64,000 nt of DNA from Mobula hypostoma (Eukaryota). Positions within the stretch are counted from its first letter, which is position 1, and each line of letters begins with the position of its first letter. Of the stretch, positions 38,901 through 53,046 are shown piece after piece. The notes under the pieces are model-generated. The model was not told the DNA's origin, did not search any database, and saw nothing but the letters and a program-made list of their open reading frames with translations. A program made the position numbers and the translations under genes. The stretch spans positions 10,790,001-10,854,000 of the forward strand of contig NC_086109.1 in assembly GCF_963921235.1 (NCBI RefSeq), written 5' to 3'.

Positions 38901-41744
38901 TTACAAATGTTTGTATTATTCCTTTCTTTGACACTATTTATTCACATAATTTACGGTGATTGAATATGCTTCCCTGTACTGTTGCTGCAAAACAACAAAT
39001 CTCACCGTATCTAAGTCAGTGATTGGACAAATTAGATTCTGAATGAAATTTTTGGTATGATCCTTTTACCTGTGTCAGTAACACAGCAATTGTCGATGGG
39101 ACACAGGAGCTAGGACAAGAGTACAGGTATTAGTTAATTGTTGACATAAACATCTAGATACGATAGAAAGTTTTAGCTTTGCATGCCACCCAGACAGATC
39201 GTGCCTCAAGGTAGTTTAAAGAGTTCAAGTTTATCGTTATTCAACTGTATAACCATATATATGGTCTCATGATCACTTGAGTGTAGTTGGGCAGTGTGGG
39301 CTTATCGGGCCAGAATGACCTGTTACTCTGCAGCATCTCTGAATAAAATAGAACTAGCTATAGCCTTAAGGAGTGGGTAACAAGCTGAAGCTGCCTCCTC
39401 CTCCAGTTCCTTGTGTCTCTTTCTCAACATGTTAAATACAAGTATTGTTCACTGTAGTCTAAAACATGTAATGACATGCTGTATCAGATTGACTATGCAG
39501 AAGAGGGATGTGCAAATCTTCATACTTTGCATTCCACATGTATTCTCTTCTCACTGCTGCCATCTTGCTCAATACTGCCCGAGGATGGAGCTGGAGTCTT
39601 TGATCGAGGGCGAGGTTTGGTCGTCGCAGTTTGTGGATTGGACTCTGCAATTACATGTTATGATGTTGTTTCTGCTTTCTGGCTACTCCTTTTTTTTATT
39701 GCTATTTTGTGCGATTTACTCAGAGCAGACTGCGGTCAACGAACGACACAGCAATAAATTGCTAAATTGAACTGAACTGATCTAAACTGAACACTCCCAA
39801 ACTGTTTCAATGACTCTGTGGTTTGAGGTTGTATATCCTGTGTGTTTTCACTCTTTTTTTTTGCCTTTGGCATAATTTGTTCTTATTTTTTTGCCTATCG
39901 GGTGCTTGATATTTCCTTGAGTGGGTTTCTCTGCTTCGTGGTTGTCCGTGGGAAGACAAATTTTAGGGGTGTATGCTGCATACATACTTCAATACTAAAT
40001 GTATTCTGAATCTTTGAAGGAGGTGCAGGAGCCTTAGGTCCCACACCCACGAAGGGCCAGGAACAATTACTACCCCTCAACCATCAAGCGTCTGAACCAT
40101 TGTAGATGACTTCGCTCACCACAATTTGAACAAATTCCACAACCTATGGACTAACTTTCAAGGACTGTACAACTCAAGTTCTCAGCGTTATTTATTTTTA
40201 TTCTGACAGATCATCTTCTTTTGGCACACTGGTTTTGTGTGTAGTTTTTCTTTGATTCTGTTCTATTTCTTTGTTCTACTGTGAATTCCTGCAAGAAAAT
40301 GAATCTCAGGTAGTATATGGTGACATATACATACTTTGATAATAAATTTTTTTGGACTTTGAACGTGACTGTTTTACCCACGTCTTCAACTTCAGCTCAG
40401 CTCAGCCTCCAGATTTAATCTGATCAAGTTTATCTGATGATAATGTCAACAGAAACATTTCGACTCAGAATGCTGGAGGAACTCGGCAGGTGTGGAGGGG
40501 AACAAACAGCTGACATTTGGGGCTGAAACCCTGGGCTCCGACCCAAAATGCTAGCTGTTCCTTTCCCTCCACAGAAGCTCCCCAACCTGCCGACTTCCTG
40601 CAACATTTTGAGGGTGTTGCCCCAGGGGCACAATTTGCCCCCAGCCCCCACCACCTCTTAAAGCACATGGGACTCCTCCGATTGAGTGAGCTCCATCGGC
40701 TTGCTTGCATTGTGGCCTCTTCTATGTGGGGAAGGCAGATTGGGTGAATGCTACCAAGGCATCTCTGTTCAGTCCAGAAGGAGCAAATGTTTGGGGCTGG
40801 CTCATTCCAAGGTCCAAGTCAGTGTGCAGGGAGACAGAGTGAAGGCTTTAGTTGCCCATCTCTGGGTCCTCTTACCTTTACACAGTGCAGGTCCTGACCC
40901 TGTGTGATAGCTGCTTGGGTTGTTTGTTTATTTAATGTCTATGAAGGGAAATTGGTAATAGAACAGGATGTCACTTAACTGGGAATGACAGTATTTGAAC
41001 AATCTGTTTAATATACTTGGCGATTTTATGACTTAAGTAATATTTTGGAAAAACAATAATTGCTGCCTTTGCCATCAAATGAGGAAATAGATGTTGAAAA
41101 ATAAGGGACAATGTATAAGAAGTTTATGCAAATTTTCTCATTTTTATTCAGGAACAACTTCTTCCCTTCTGTCATCAGATTTCTGAATGAACATTGAACC
41201 CATGAACCTCGCTACATTTTATTTCTGTTTTTTGCACTAGTTACTTAATTTAACTTTTTAAAATATAGATATGCAAAGTGACTTGGGAGTTCTTGTGCAG
41301 AACACCCTAAAGGTTAACTTACAGGTTAAGTAGTAGTGAAGAAGGAAAATGCAATGTTAGCATTCATTTCAAGAGATCTAGAATATAAGAAGTGGCTGAG
41401 GCAGGTTCGATGTTGTCATTTAAAGTTAAATTGGACAGCTATATGGACGGGAAAGGAATGGAGGGTTATGGGCTGAGAGCAGGTCGGTGGGACTAGGTGA
41501 GAGTAAGAGTTCGGCACGGACTAGAAGGGCAGAGGTGGCCTGTTTCCATGCTGTAATTGTTACATGGTTATATGTGCTTACTGTAATTTACATTTTGTGT
41601 TTATACGTATTGCAATGTACTGCTGCCACGTAACAACAAATTTCATGACGTATGCCGCTGATATTAAACCAGATTCTGATTTTGATATTCAGCATGAGAG
41701 ATGAAAGCATGCAGGGGTGCTCTGCCCTATGTTTGGAAAAACCA

Positions 41745-42265
41745 TGAGGTGTAGGAGGAGAGTTCGGCCATTCTGCCCATCATGTTTCATGTTTGTTCCT
41801 CCATTCAAATATAGCTGTTTTTTCTTTTCTCAACACCATTCTCCTGCCTTCTTCCTGTACCCCTTAACCTCCTTACCAATAAGGAACTTAGCAACCTTCA
41901 CCGTAAATACACCCAATAACTTGACCTTTGCAGTCCTCTGTGGTAACCACTTCCACAGACTCACCACTCTCTGGCCTCCTCATTTTAGTCCCTTTATTCT
42001 GAGGCTGTGCCTTCAGATCGAAGACTCTCCTACCAATGGAATTGTCCTCTTCACTTCCTTTCAGTATCTGGCCATTTTTGGGAGATCTCCCCACCTCCCT
42101 CATCCTTCTCAACTGCATTGAGAACAGACCCAGGGACATCAAACACTCCTCCTATATTAAGCGTTTCTTTCCTGTGATCATTCCTGTGGATCTCTTCTGA
42201 CTTTCTCTAAGAGTATTCACATCCTTCCTTAGATACGGGGCCCACAATTGCCCTCAATATTCCAG
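41745..42265 (-). mobile_element. Degenerate CR1 3' fragment
   Basis: Reads 'ttccacagactcaccactctctgg..ttattctgaggctgtgcc..'. Confidence 0.7.
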
Positions 42266-42559
42266 AGACTCAAGGAGAGCTTCTATCCTACTGTTGTCAA
42301 ATTCATGAACGTTCCTCTTGTTCGATAAGATGATTTCTTGGCCTTGCAATCTATCTTGTTGTGATCTTCCATTTTATTGTTTACCTGCTCTGCACTCTTT
42401 TGATAGCATGTACACTTTATTCTGCATTGTTATTGTTTTATCTTATTCTAGCTCAGTGAACTGTGAAGTGATTTGATCTGTATGAACCGTACGCAAGACG
42501 AGCTTGTTACTGTATCCTGGTACATGTGACAATAACAAACCAATACCAATGTGGTCTCA

Positions 42560-42825
42560 ACGCTCCCAAGCCCGGCTGCAAAAGGTGGAGGGTTCGGCGT
42601 GGGTCTAGCAACCCCATCCTGTAAAAACCCAAGCTACAGAAATGGCAACAGAAACTCTGAAGCCCTTATCCCTGGGCGAGGAAGGACCTTCACCTAGAAG
42701 ATGTATGAAGTTGTGTGGTGAAAGGGAAAGCCAGGGGCTGACCAAACTTCTTTCAGCCCAGGACAGAGGACTCTGGCGAGCTGCTGTCGTCGGCCTACAG
42801 CCCCGGCAGGCATGATGGGCTTAAA
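42560..42825 (+). mobile_element. Short bipartite RTE-like non-autonomous element; a similar-type element at ~48960-49250
   Basis: A 5'-type motif 'ggagggttcggcgtgggtctagcaaccccatcctgtaaaaa' is joined to the 3'-type AQDRGLWRAAVVGL coding remnant. Confidence 0.55.
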
Positions 42826-44588
42826 AAGAAGGAAGAGAAATGCGGTTTGACCACTGCCTTATTGGGTGCACGTCCTTGCTTTTATGTTCTAGTCCTCTGG
42901 CAAGGTCTGGCAAAGTGGCTAGGTTTCTACCCGGAGTGCTGTGCTGTGCGATGAGAGCCTGCTGGAACAGCAAGGCTGGCGGTTGACTCCGGGGAGAGCA
43001 CCTCAGCCTCTGAGCCCCGCCACCTCTCCCACCTTGCAGCACAGATGTTATTTTTGCCGCCAACACTGCAACCAAATATTGCGTCCCTTCTGGCAATGCT
43101 GACATCTGTCTTCTGCTTATTTCCAGTGCCAACATTGCAGTCGTGTTAATTACCCGCACACCTACCCCTCAATGCCTTCCTTTCGTTCCCATACCGAGCA
43201 GACATCATCTGTGTGAAATTTTGGAATATCACTAATTCTGTCTGCAGCAAAGCAGATTGCGGCGAAATTCCAGTGAGACAGTCCTTGTCTGCAGTGGGAT
43301 TAGTGTATCCTGTTTCTGCTGTCACTCAGGGTCCCATTGCGACACCCAACTCTTTGATGAGAGGGACAGGGGAGAGGGAGGGTAACAACGTCAGGTGGTT
43401 AATCCTCCTCCCACACTGGCACTGAGTCAGCACCAAACCGGTTGAGAGGGAGGTAGCTTCTGTGCTGTCACTGCAGGCATGGTTTGAGGTTTAGTGGCAT
43501 TGTTGGAAACCAGGTCTTTGAACACCCACTGACGACCGAGTGTCTGGCTCCAACTGTGAGTGCTGTGGCTTGGCGGCATGTTTTCAGTGCGAGGGGAACG
43601 TGGGCTTCTCAAGGGTGTCTCACCTTTGCGGGTCCGCTGGGGAAGTCGGGGGCCCAGTGCCTGCGAATCCATGCGTCCGCTGGAAGCCGGGGGCCGAAGA
43701 CGGCCTGTCATGGGGTTTAGGGACTGTGCATGTGGGTGGGAGGGAGGCACGGACTGGGCTTGTTTCACTGTTGTTTCTTTGTTGCTTGCTACGTCCTACT
43801 TTGTTGAGTTCTGCGACGTTCAGCCGAGCATTGTGGGATTTGTATGTTGGCGCCAGAAAGCAAGGCAACACTTGCGGGCAGCCCCCAGCGCACCATTGGG
43901 TGTGTTGGTTGTTAACCCAAGTGCCGCATTTTGCTGTACGTTTTGGTGTGCATGTGATAAATAAATCTGAAATCTGAAGTTTGGGCCAGAGTGTCCTTTC
44001 TTTGCAAGGGTAAAGCTTTGTAGCATCGGGGTGCAGAGTATGGGTCCATTTTGAGGTTCATTCACAGTAGCACGTGACCATTGGAGATTAAGGGACAGGG
44101 CACATCTTCAGAGAGAGCAAGAACTTCCCTGGAGTACCCTCCTGAAACCCTCCCTGCTGCTCGATGTGTGCAAGTCTGTGTATATCTACAGGAGTGTCTC
44201 TTTCTCATTGGTCTGTGAGAGGATGTATTACATGTGTGTGTGTGCACAGCATGTGTAACTGTACAGCAAAGGTTGTAAGGTCGGGGTAGGGACCATTCAG
44301 CCTTCCAGAGCTCTCTCCCTTACGGATTAAAGGAAAGGAAACTGTTGCTGTCGTGTGCTCAGGTTCAAACTGGAGAAAGGCAAATTCTTCAGCTGCCAAA
44401 ATAGTCAGTGCCTGGCCTGGAACTTGCTATAACGGAAAAGTTAAAATGCCTCAAGAAATCTTCAACTATTTTGAGATATTTGTTAGTGCTGCTCTTTATA
44501 TTTGGTTCTTCCTGGAATCCTCCTGTAAATGGGGCTGTCAGCTGAAAGGTTGGTGGGGCCAGTGTGGGAGAGGGAGTGGGAATGATAG

Positions 44589-44822
44589 TGTCCTGCTTTG
44601 TAACTTCAAAACATTAAAGTAATTCAAAGGAAAACACAGGAGTCCGAAATGTGGGTCTAACTTCAGGTTTACTTTAAACGAGGTGCGTTCGTATCACGTG
44701 GTAGCATGATGATGTATGCAGTTCATGTATTTGTACCTATAACCTGTAATTAATTACTTAAAGGAACAAGAATGTCGTTATCATACATACTCAAATATTA
44801 CTGAAATACCAAGTACACAACA
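44589..44822 (-). mobile_element. Probable solo LTR; second copy at 62678-62977 in opposite orientation
   Basis: Both copies run TG..CA. Shared sequence 'gagtccgaaatgtgggtctaacttcaggtttacttt'. Flanks gatag and ggtag are a possible 5-bp TSD. Confidence 0.6.
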
Positions 44823-45374
44823 GGTAGGGAGAAAGAGAGGAGAGAAAGAGAGAGAAACAAGAGGGGAGAGATATGTTCCTACATTGTGAATCTCTCTCCC
44901 TCTCCGTGTGAGAGAGGTGCTGAGTGTGTATATGTCTGACTGTTTGCATATATGTGAGTGAGACACAAACATTCTCATGTTAAGTGTATACATGCCTCTC
45001 TCCCTCTGTGTGACAGACTTTGATGAAATGGCTGTTTTTCCCTCGGTCTCTGTCCTGTTTATCAGCATGTGACAATGTTAGAACATTCACAACTTTATAA
45101 TAGTATCTGAATATGCCCGATGATTTTCATAGGATTTACAGCAGATGAACCTCAAATTCAAAGGAAAACCAGAAATAATCTGATTACCTTGAACGTGAGC
45201 CGGATCTGAATCATGCTTAGTCCTTTGTTTTTTCCTTGACACCGCCCTCCCTGTGATGCACTGTCCCATACTTCCTTAACTGAGTCAAGATCTTTCCCAA
45301 CCACAGATTTGCATTAAAAAATATACCTGACGTGAAACTGAGTACTGTATTTAATTAGACAGAAAATAAACTTT

Positions 45375-45790
45375 GAGTAATTCCTTCCTCCCCTCCCTTC
45401 TCTCTTTTCCATTCCCCATTCTGGTTACCCCTTCTTGCCTCCTTACCCTACCCATCTCCTCCCTCAGGAGCCCTTCCTCCTTCCCTTTCTTTCACTGTCC
45501 ACTTCTCCTATCATTTTCTCTTTCTTTAGCCCTTTATTTCCTCCACTATCCCTTCCCAGCTTCTTACTTCATCACCTTCCCCCTCACTTGGTCTCACCTA
45601 TAACCTGTCAGCTTGTTCTCCTCCCCCTCTCCCCAAGTTCTTATTCTGGCTTCTGACCTCTTCTTTTCCAGTCCTGATGAAGGTTCATGGCTCAGAACGT
45701 TGACTGTTTAGTCCTCCCCATGGGCGCTCCCTGAACTGCTGATTTCCTCCAGCACTTTGTGTTGCTCAGGATTTCCAGCATCTGCAGTAT
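45375..45790 (+). mobile_element. Long hammerhead-family copy: pyrimidine-rich body, hammerhead, 3' arm
   Basis: CAGTC-CTGATGA-aggttcatggctc-AGAAC-GTT-GACTG at 45669-45706, ending 'ggatttccagcatctgcag'. Confidence 0.75.
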
Positions 45791-46044
45791 GTGTTTATAA
45801 ACTGAGATACCTCCTATCTTCACTGGCCAATATTATCTTCTGATTTTCCACACCATGGTTGCATTCCTCGTTTGAAAGTCTGTTCATGCCCCACCCATCC
45901 CTGTCTCCTAAATCCCTCACAACCTGCTGAGATTTCTACATTCTTCCAATCCCAGTTTCTTTGATTGTACTGGGATTTAATTAATCCATGATTGGCCTAC
46001 GCCTTCAGGGAACAAGAGTCTGAAACCTACCTGCCCTTCTACCC

Positions 46045-46235
46045 CCACAAAATGCTGGAGGAACTCAGCAGGTTCTATGGAAAAGAGTATAGTCAACGTT
46101 TTGGGCTGAGAGGCCCTGCTGAAGGGTCTCGGCCCGAAATGTCAACTGTGCACTTTTCCATAGATGCTGCCTGGCCTGCTGAGTTCCTCCACCAATTGTT
46201 GTGTGTGGCTTTGATTTCCAGCATCTGCAGATTTT
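46045..46235. mobile_element. Palindromic hammerhead-family element
   Basis: Inverted arms surround CTGCTGA-AGGGTCTCGGCCC-GAAAT-GTC (46116-46143). Similar palindromes are at ~40465-40612 and ~61370-61497. Confidence 0.7.
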
Positions 46236-48387
46236 CTGTTTGCCCTTCTACCCCAGCTCCTTGAAGACTCCCCTGCAAAGTCTTTCTCCCTGCCTTAACT
46301 CTGCCCTAATTTTTCCTGTTATGACTCAGAGTAAAGCAGCTGGGGACGTTATATAAAGGAACGATACATGAATTCAGGTATAACAACTGCAAAATTCCAT
46401 CAAACAAAAGAAAACAGCCACAAGGGTAGAGGGAGAGGAAAGGAAGTTGAAGAAAAGTTGCCTTTCCAATATGTTACTGCCGCCCAGAACTGGAGGTAAA
46501 GTGTTGACTCGGGAGGAGCTGGGAATTTGGATTTCCCTATAGGAATTGTGTCGTGTATCGGACGACAGCTCTGCAGAGGAGTGGGCTTCATTCATACTTT
46601 TCCCCCTCTGGAGATTGGGGGAGACCTCTATACAATGTAATGTGGGCTTCCTTTAGCATTCTCGATCGCAATGAGCTCCCAGAATGTATTTTGTATTTGT
46701 GGCCACCACTATGTGCCCATTTGCTGGGCAACTTCCACCCACCTTCCCTGAAACCAGAAGTCTCCCTGTTTAGTTTTGCACTTGGGGGTTCAATTTCGGA
46801 TTCAGATTTATTTATCACATGTACATAGAAGCTTCTAGAGAAATGCATCGTTTGCTTTAACAACCAACACAACCACCCTCCCTTCCCAGTTTCTTACTTC
46901 AACGCCCACCCCCAGCTTCCCCCTCACCTGGTCTCACCCATAACCTGTCAGCTTGTTCTCCTCCCCCTCTCCACACGTACTTAGTCTGGCTTCTGCAAGT
47001 GTCGCCATGCACTGTGACACCACACAGCGATGGGCAGCAGAACAAAATGGAACACGGCAAACAACAAAACAGCAATGGCAACGCAAACCCATTTCCCCCC
47101 TCACGCCCACCCACGCACACACAGATAGTCCTGCGACCCCAGGACAGTCCTCTGGGCTTCAGCCTTTGAGCTTCACCTAGAATCCCTTGGTTTCTCATAT
47201 CTCCCCCGACTAATCACAGCGCTGCAGCAAGTGGACCACTGCCGCATATCTCCTGAGATCCCGGGTTCAATCTCAACCTCCGACTCTGTCTGTGTGGAGT
47301 TTGCATGTTCTCCCTGTGAGCACAGTGGGTGCTCCGGTTTCTTCCCGCATCCCAAGGACAGCTGTAAGTTGCCCCAAGCTGAGTGACAGTACTTGTAAGG
47401 TTTTCATTGCTACGTGGAGAGAGTTAACCAAAATGGGATTAATGTGGGCTTAGTGTAAATGGGCAGTTCGATTTCATTGCATAATTGTCTTGCTAGCGCG
47501 GTTTGTCGTTTTTATTTCTCTCTCTGCATATTGGGCACTTGTCAGTCTTTTTTTTTAATGGGTTCTTTCGGGTTTCTTTGTTTTGTGGCTGCCTCAAAGG
47601 ATTCGAATCTGGCGTAATGAATACGTAGTTTGATAATAAATGTACTTTGAACTTTGAACTTTTGACGTTTAGTAGGGGTTGAAGGGCTAGTCTCCCTGCC
47701 GTACCTCTGTACCACTCTGTGACTTTACCTCTTGGTGTTCACAGATACAGAGAGATAAAGATAAAGACTAGCTTTATTTGTCACAATGTATGTTAGAACA
47801 CACAGTGAAATGTGACATTTCTGTCAACAATCACTAGTCTCGGGATGTGCTGAGGTCAGCCCACAGGTGTCGCGCCATGCTCCAGCACCAACATAGAACA
47901 TGAGCGCAACTTACTAATCCTTACTAACCTGCACTGGTTGGAAACTGAAAGAAACTGGAGCACGCGGATGGCACCCACACGGTCACAGGGAGAACGTACA
48001 AACTCCTTACAGGCATTAGCAGGAATTGAACCCTGGTCACTGGCACTGTAAAGCACTCTGCCAACTTCACTACAACTGTACGCTTGTGGCTGAGGAATGG
48101 GAGACAAAAATTGGCCATTTACTCTTTCGCATTCGAGGTAACGACTGTCCTCTGTGAATGTGTGTATTTGGGATATCATGGGAATTGTAGGGAGCAGGAA
48201 AGAATATTTAAGGCTCTAGTTAAGGGTCCATCGTCAAGTTTGTGGGCTAATCTAGACCCACTTTGGAAGTGCAGCTTTAAAAGCCCATGGGCTACTGCTG
48301 GTGATATCCTTGGACTGAGAGTTTGATCCAGAGCCCTTGAGTAAGAGTGTTGGATTATAATTTGCTATTCTGGTCATCCCATTAGAG

Positions 48388-48456
48388 CAGGGGTTCCCAG
48401 CAAAGGGTCCACAGACAGCTGGGTTAACAGGAAGGCTCCTTGGTTGGGAACCCCTG
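48388..48456. mobile_element. 69-bp hAT MITE with 8-bp TSD
   Basis: TIRs are caggggttccca and tgggaacccctg. Flanks are cattagag and cattagaa. It sits in a CR1 remnant. Confidence 0.88.
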
Positions 48457-48723
48457 CATTAGAAGAAAAATGTGGAGAGGTGCTGGAAAGGTTTACCACG
48501 ATGCTGCCTGGGCTGCAAGGGGAGCTTGGACAAAACTTGGCTTGATCTCCCTAGAGCCCTGGCGGCTCAGAGGAAACCTGAAAGAGGTGGTTTTTTTTAG
48601 TTATGAGAGGAATAGTTGGGTAGGTAGTCAGAAGGTTTTCCCTCGGGGAGAAATGTCAAACCCAGAAGATCTGCTTTTAAGGTTGGGGGTGTAGTCTAAA
48701 GGAGAGACGAGGAGCAACTGTTC

Positions 48724-48728
<5 letters not shown>

Positions 48729-48779
<51 letters not shown>
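48729..48779. repeat. (CA)n microsatellite
   Basis: Pure AC run of about 25 units. Confidence 0.98.
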
Positions 48780-48781
<2 letters not shown>

Positions 48782-49284
48782 TAGGTACACTGAATGGGAG
48801 ACTGGGGCATTGAAGTGGAATTAGAGAGCTTGGTAGAGTTTGCGAGTCTTTTAGATAGACACATGAATATGAAGGGAATGGTGGGATATGGATGTTACAA
48901 CGGAGGAGAACATTTAGTATAAATAGAATCAAGTTTAATATCACTCTTCCAAGAGGACCACAAACTTGTTCTAGGACTTAGAGGCTTGCGCACCTCAATG
49001 GCTGGAGTCAGGGGCTTATATTTTGGGTCTTGGTATGGCCACCCTTGTCAAACAGGTCAAAAGGTAGAGGTCAGACTAAGAGTGCTCCACCGATCCTCCA
49101 GGTTCAGGGGTTCAGCTCAGGGCTAACAACCCTTGCAGAGAAAGGGCAAAGAGACAATTGTTATGGAAACAGCAACGAAGAATCCCTCTATACGGACACA
49201 GATGGAGGGCCTTCATTGTTGCCCTAAATGCCAGCGGTATGATGGGAAGAAAGTAATATCACTGATATACTTTTACTGATCACG

Positions 49285-52200
49285 GACTTTTACCACTGTA
49301 CCATTGAGAGCATACTCACCAACTGCATCTCAGTATGGTATGGCAATTGTCCCACATCGGACCGCAAAGCACTCCAGCGGGTGGTGAAAACTGCCTAGCG
49401 GATTATCAGCACCCAATTGCCCACCGTTGAGAACATCTACCATAAACGTGCCTGGGCATGACAAAAAGCATTATCAAGGATGCATCTCACCCTAACCATG
49501 GACTTTTTACTTTCCTCCCATAGAACCATAGAAACTACAGCACAGAAACAGGCCCTTTGGCCCTTCTTGGCTGTGCCGAACCATTTTCTGCCTAGTCCCA
49601 CTGACCTGCACACAGACCATATCCCTCCATACACCTCCCATCCATGTATCTGTCCCAATTTATTCTTAAATGTTAAAAAAGAACCCACATTTACCACCTC
49701 GTCTGGCAGCTCATTCCATACTCCCACCACTCTCTGTGTGAAGAAGCCCCCCCTAATGTTCCCTTTAAACTTTTCCCCCCTCACCCTTAACCCATGTCCT
49801 CTGGTTTTTTTCTCCCCTTGCCTCAGTGGAAAAAGCCTGCTTGCATTCACTCTATCTATACCCATCATAATTTTATATACCTCTATCAAATCTCCCCTCA
49901 TTCTTCTATGCTCCAGGGAATAAAGTCCTAACCTATTCAACTTTTCTCTGTAACTGAGTTTCTCAAGTCCCGGCAACATCCTTGTAAACCTTCTCTGCAC
50001 TCTTTCAACCTTATTTATATCCTTCCTGTAATTTGGTGACCAAAACTGAACACAGTACTCCAGATTTGGCCTCACCAATGCCTTATACAACCTCATCATA
50101 ACATTCCAGCTCTTATACTCAATACTTCGATTAATAAAGGCCAATGTACCAAAAGCTCTCTTTACAACCCTATCTACCTGTGACGACACTTTTAGGGAAC
50201 TTTGTATCTGTATTCCCAGATCCCTCTGTTCCACTGCACTCCTCAGTGCCTTACCATTAACCCTGTATGTTCTACGTTGGTTTGTCCTTCCAATGTGCAA
50301 TACCTCACACTTGTCAGTATTAAACTCCATCTGCCATTTTTCAGCCCATTTTTCCAGATGGTCCAAGTCCCTCTGCAAGCTCTGAAAACCTTCCTCACTG
50401 TCTACTACACCTCCAATCTTTGTATCATCAACAAACTTGCTGATCCAATTTACCACATTATCATCCAGATCATTGATATAGATGACAAATAACAATGGAC
50501 CCAGCACTGATCCCTGTGGCACACCACTAGTCACAGGCCTCCACTCAGAGAAGCAATTCTCTACCACCACTCTCTGGCTTCTTCTATCGAGCCAATGTCT
50601 AATCCAATTTACCACCTCTCCATGTATACCTAGCGACTGAATTTTCCTAACTAACCTCCCATGCGGGACCTTGTCAAAGGCCTTAATGAAGTCCATGTAG
50701 ACAATATCCACTGCCTTCCCTTCATCCACTTTCCTGGTAACCTCCTTGAAAAACTCCAACAGATTGGTCAAACATGACCTACCACGCACAAAGCCATGTT
50801 GACTATCCCTAATAAGCCCCTGTCTATCCAAATGCTTGTAGATTCTATCTCTTAGTACTCCCTCCAATAACTTACCTACTACTGACGTTACACTCACGGG
50901 CCTATAATTTCCCGGATTACTTTTCGATCCTTTTTTAAACAACGGAACAACATGAGCCACTCTCCAATCCTCCGGCACTTCACCCGTAGACAGCGACATT
51001 TTAAATATTTCTGCCTGGGCCCCCACAATTTCAACACTAGTCTCCTTCAAGGTCCGAGGGAACACTCTGTCAGGTCCCGGGGATTTATCCACTTTAATTT
51101 TCCTCAAGACAGCAAGCACCTCCTCCTTTTCAATTTGTACAGTTTCCATGGTCTCACTACTTGATTCCCTCAATTCCATAGATTTCATGCCAGCTTCCTT
51201 AGTAAATACAGACGCAAAAAACCTATTTAAGATCTCCCCCATTTCCTTTGGTTCCGCACAAAGCCGACCACTCTGATCTTCAAGAGGACCAATTTTATCC
51301 CTTACAATCCTTTTGCTCTTAATATACTTGTAAAAGCTCTTTGGATTATCCTTCACTTTGACTGCCAAGGCAACCTCATGTCTTTTAGCCCTCCTGATTT
51401 CTTTCTTAAGTATTTTCTTGCACTTCTTATACTTCTGAAGCACCTGATTTACCCCCTGTTTCCTATACATTTCATACAACTCCCTCTTCTTCTTTATCAG
51501 AGTTGCAATATCCCTTGAGAACCAAGGTTCCTTATTCCTATTCAATTGCCTTTAATCCTGACAGGAACATACAAACTCTGTACTCTCAAAATTTCCCCTT
51601 TGAAGGCTTCCCACCTACCAATCACATCTTTGCCAGAGAACAACCTGTCCCAATCCACGCTTTTTAGATCCTTTCTCATTTCTTCAAATTTGGCCTTCTT
51701 CCAGTTCAGAACCTCAACCCTAGGACCAGATCTATCCTTGTCCATGATCAAATTGAAACTAATGGTGTTATGATCACTGGAACCAAAGTGCTCCCCTACA
51801 CAGACTTCTGTCACTTGCCCTAATTCGTTTCCTAACAGGAGATCCAATATTGCATCCCCTCTAGTTGGTCCCTCTATATACTGATTTAGAAAACTTTCCT
51901 GAACACATTTTACAAACTCTAAACCATCTAGACCCCTAACAGTATGGGAGTCCCAATCAATGTATGGAAAATTAAAATCCCCTACCACCACAACTTTAAG
52001 TTTCCTGCAGTTGCCTGCTATCTCTCTGCAGATTTTTTCTTCCAAGTCTCGTTGACTATTGGGTGGTCTGTAATACAATCCCACTAATGTGGCCATACCT
52101 TTCCTGCTTCTCAGCTCCACCCATAAGGACTCAGTAGACAAGCCCTCTAGTCTGTCCTGCTGAGCACTGCTGTAATATTTTTCCTAACAAGCAATGCTAC

Positions 52201-52692
52201 TCCCCCACCTTTCTTTCCTCTGCCTCGATCAGATCTGAAACATTGGAACCCTGGAATATTAAGCTGCCAGTCCTGCCCCTCCTGTAGCCAAGTTTCACTA
52301 ATTGCTACAACATCATAATTCCACGTGTCAATCCACGCCCTCAACTCATCCGCCTTCCCCGCAATACTCCTAGCATTGAAATATATACACCTCAGAAGAT
52401 TTTTACCACCACTCCGGTAGACGCTACAGGAGCCTCCGTTCCCGCACCAGAAGGCACAGGAAGAGCTTCTTCCCTGAGGCTGTGACCCTGCTCAACGTCA
52501 CATCACAGCGCTAAGCAGTATTGCACCCATATTGTACTGTCTCAGTACTTTTATATTTGTGTGCTGTAGCACTTACTTTTTATTTGCAGTTATTTTGTAA
52601 ATAACACTATTCTTTGCATTTCTGGTCAGATGCTAACTGCATTTCATTGGCTTTGTACTCAGCACAATGACAATAAAGTTGAATCTAATCTA
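49285..52692 (+). mobile_element. Rex1/Babar 3' fragment split by the CR1 insertion (parts 49285-49520 and 52413-52692)
   Basis: '..ggactttttactttcctccca' plus 'tccggtagacgctacaggagcctcc..' rejoins as FTFLPSGRRYRSL. Tail is 'aataaagttgaatctaatct'. Confidence 0.88.
49518..52412 (-). pseudogene. CR1 LINE, near-complete ORF2 (APE endonuclease + reverse transcriptase), frameshifted
   Basis: The minus strand begins RCIYFNARSI..WNYDVVAISETWL..GGGVALLV, then GLYYRPP..GDFNFP..LDLLL..SDH (endonuclease). The 702-aa ORF has KSPGPD, GNYRPVS, QHGF..RSCLTNL, KAFDKVPH, GVPQGSVLGP, YINDL and KFVDDTK. Frame breaks occur near 52150, 51545 and 49655. Tail is (CCATAGAA)n. Confidence 0.97.
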
Positions 52693-53046
52693 ATACTGTA
52701 TCATGAAATGTTATTTTGTGGCAGCAGTACAGTTCAATGCATAAAAAACTATAAATTACAATAAGAAGTATTTATTAAAAATTAAATTAAGTAAGTAGTG
52801 AAGAAAGTGAGCAAAAGATTATGACATCAAGATCAGCACAATATTGTGGGCCAAATGAATTATGCTGTACTGTTCTACAGTACTGTGTAAAAGCCATAGG
52901 CACATATACAACTGTATAGTTTTTTTAGGCACAAATATATTATGTCTTTCCAGTTACCAAATAACAATTAATACTACTGAGCTAAGTAATACAAAGTTAA
53001 GTACTCTTATTTCAGTTTCCCTGCCATCTTCCTGTTTGACCCAATA

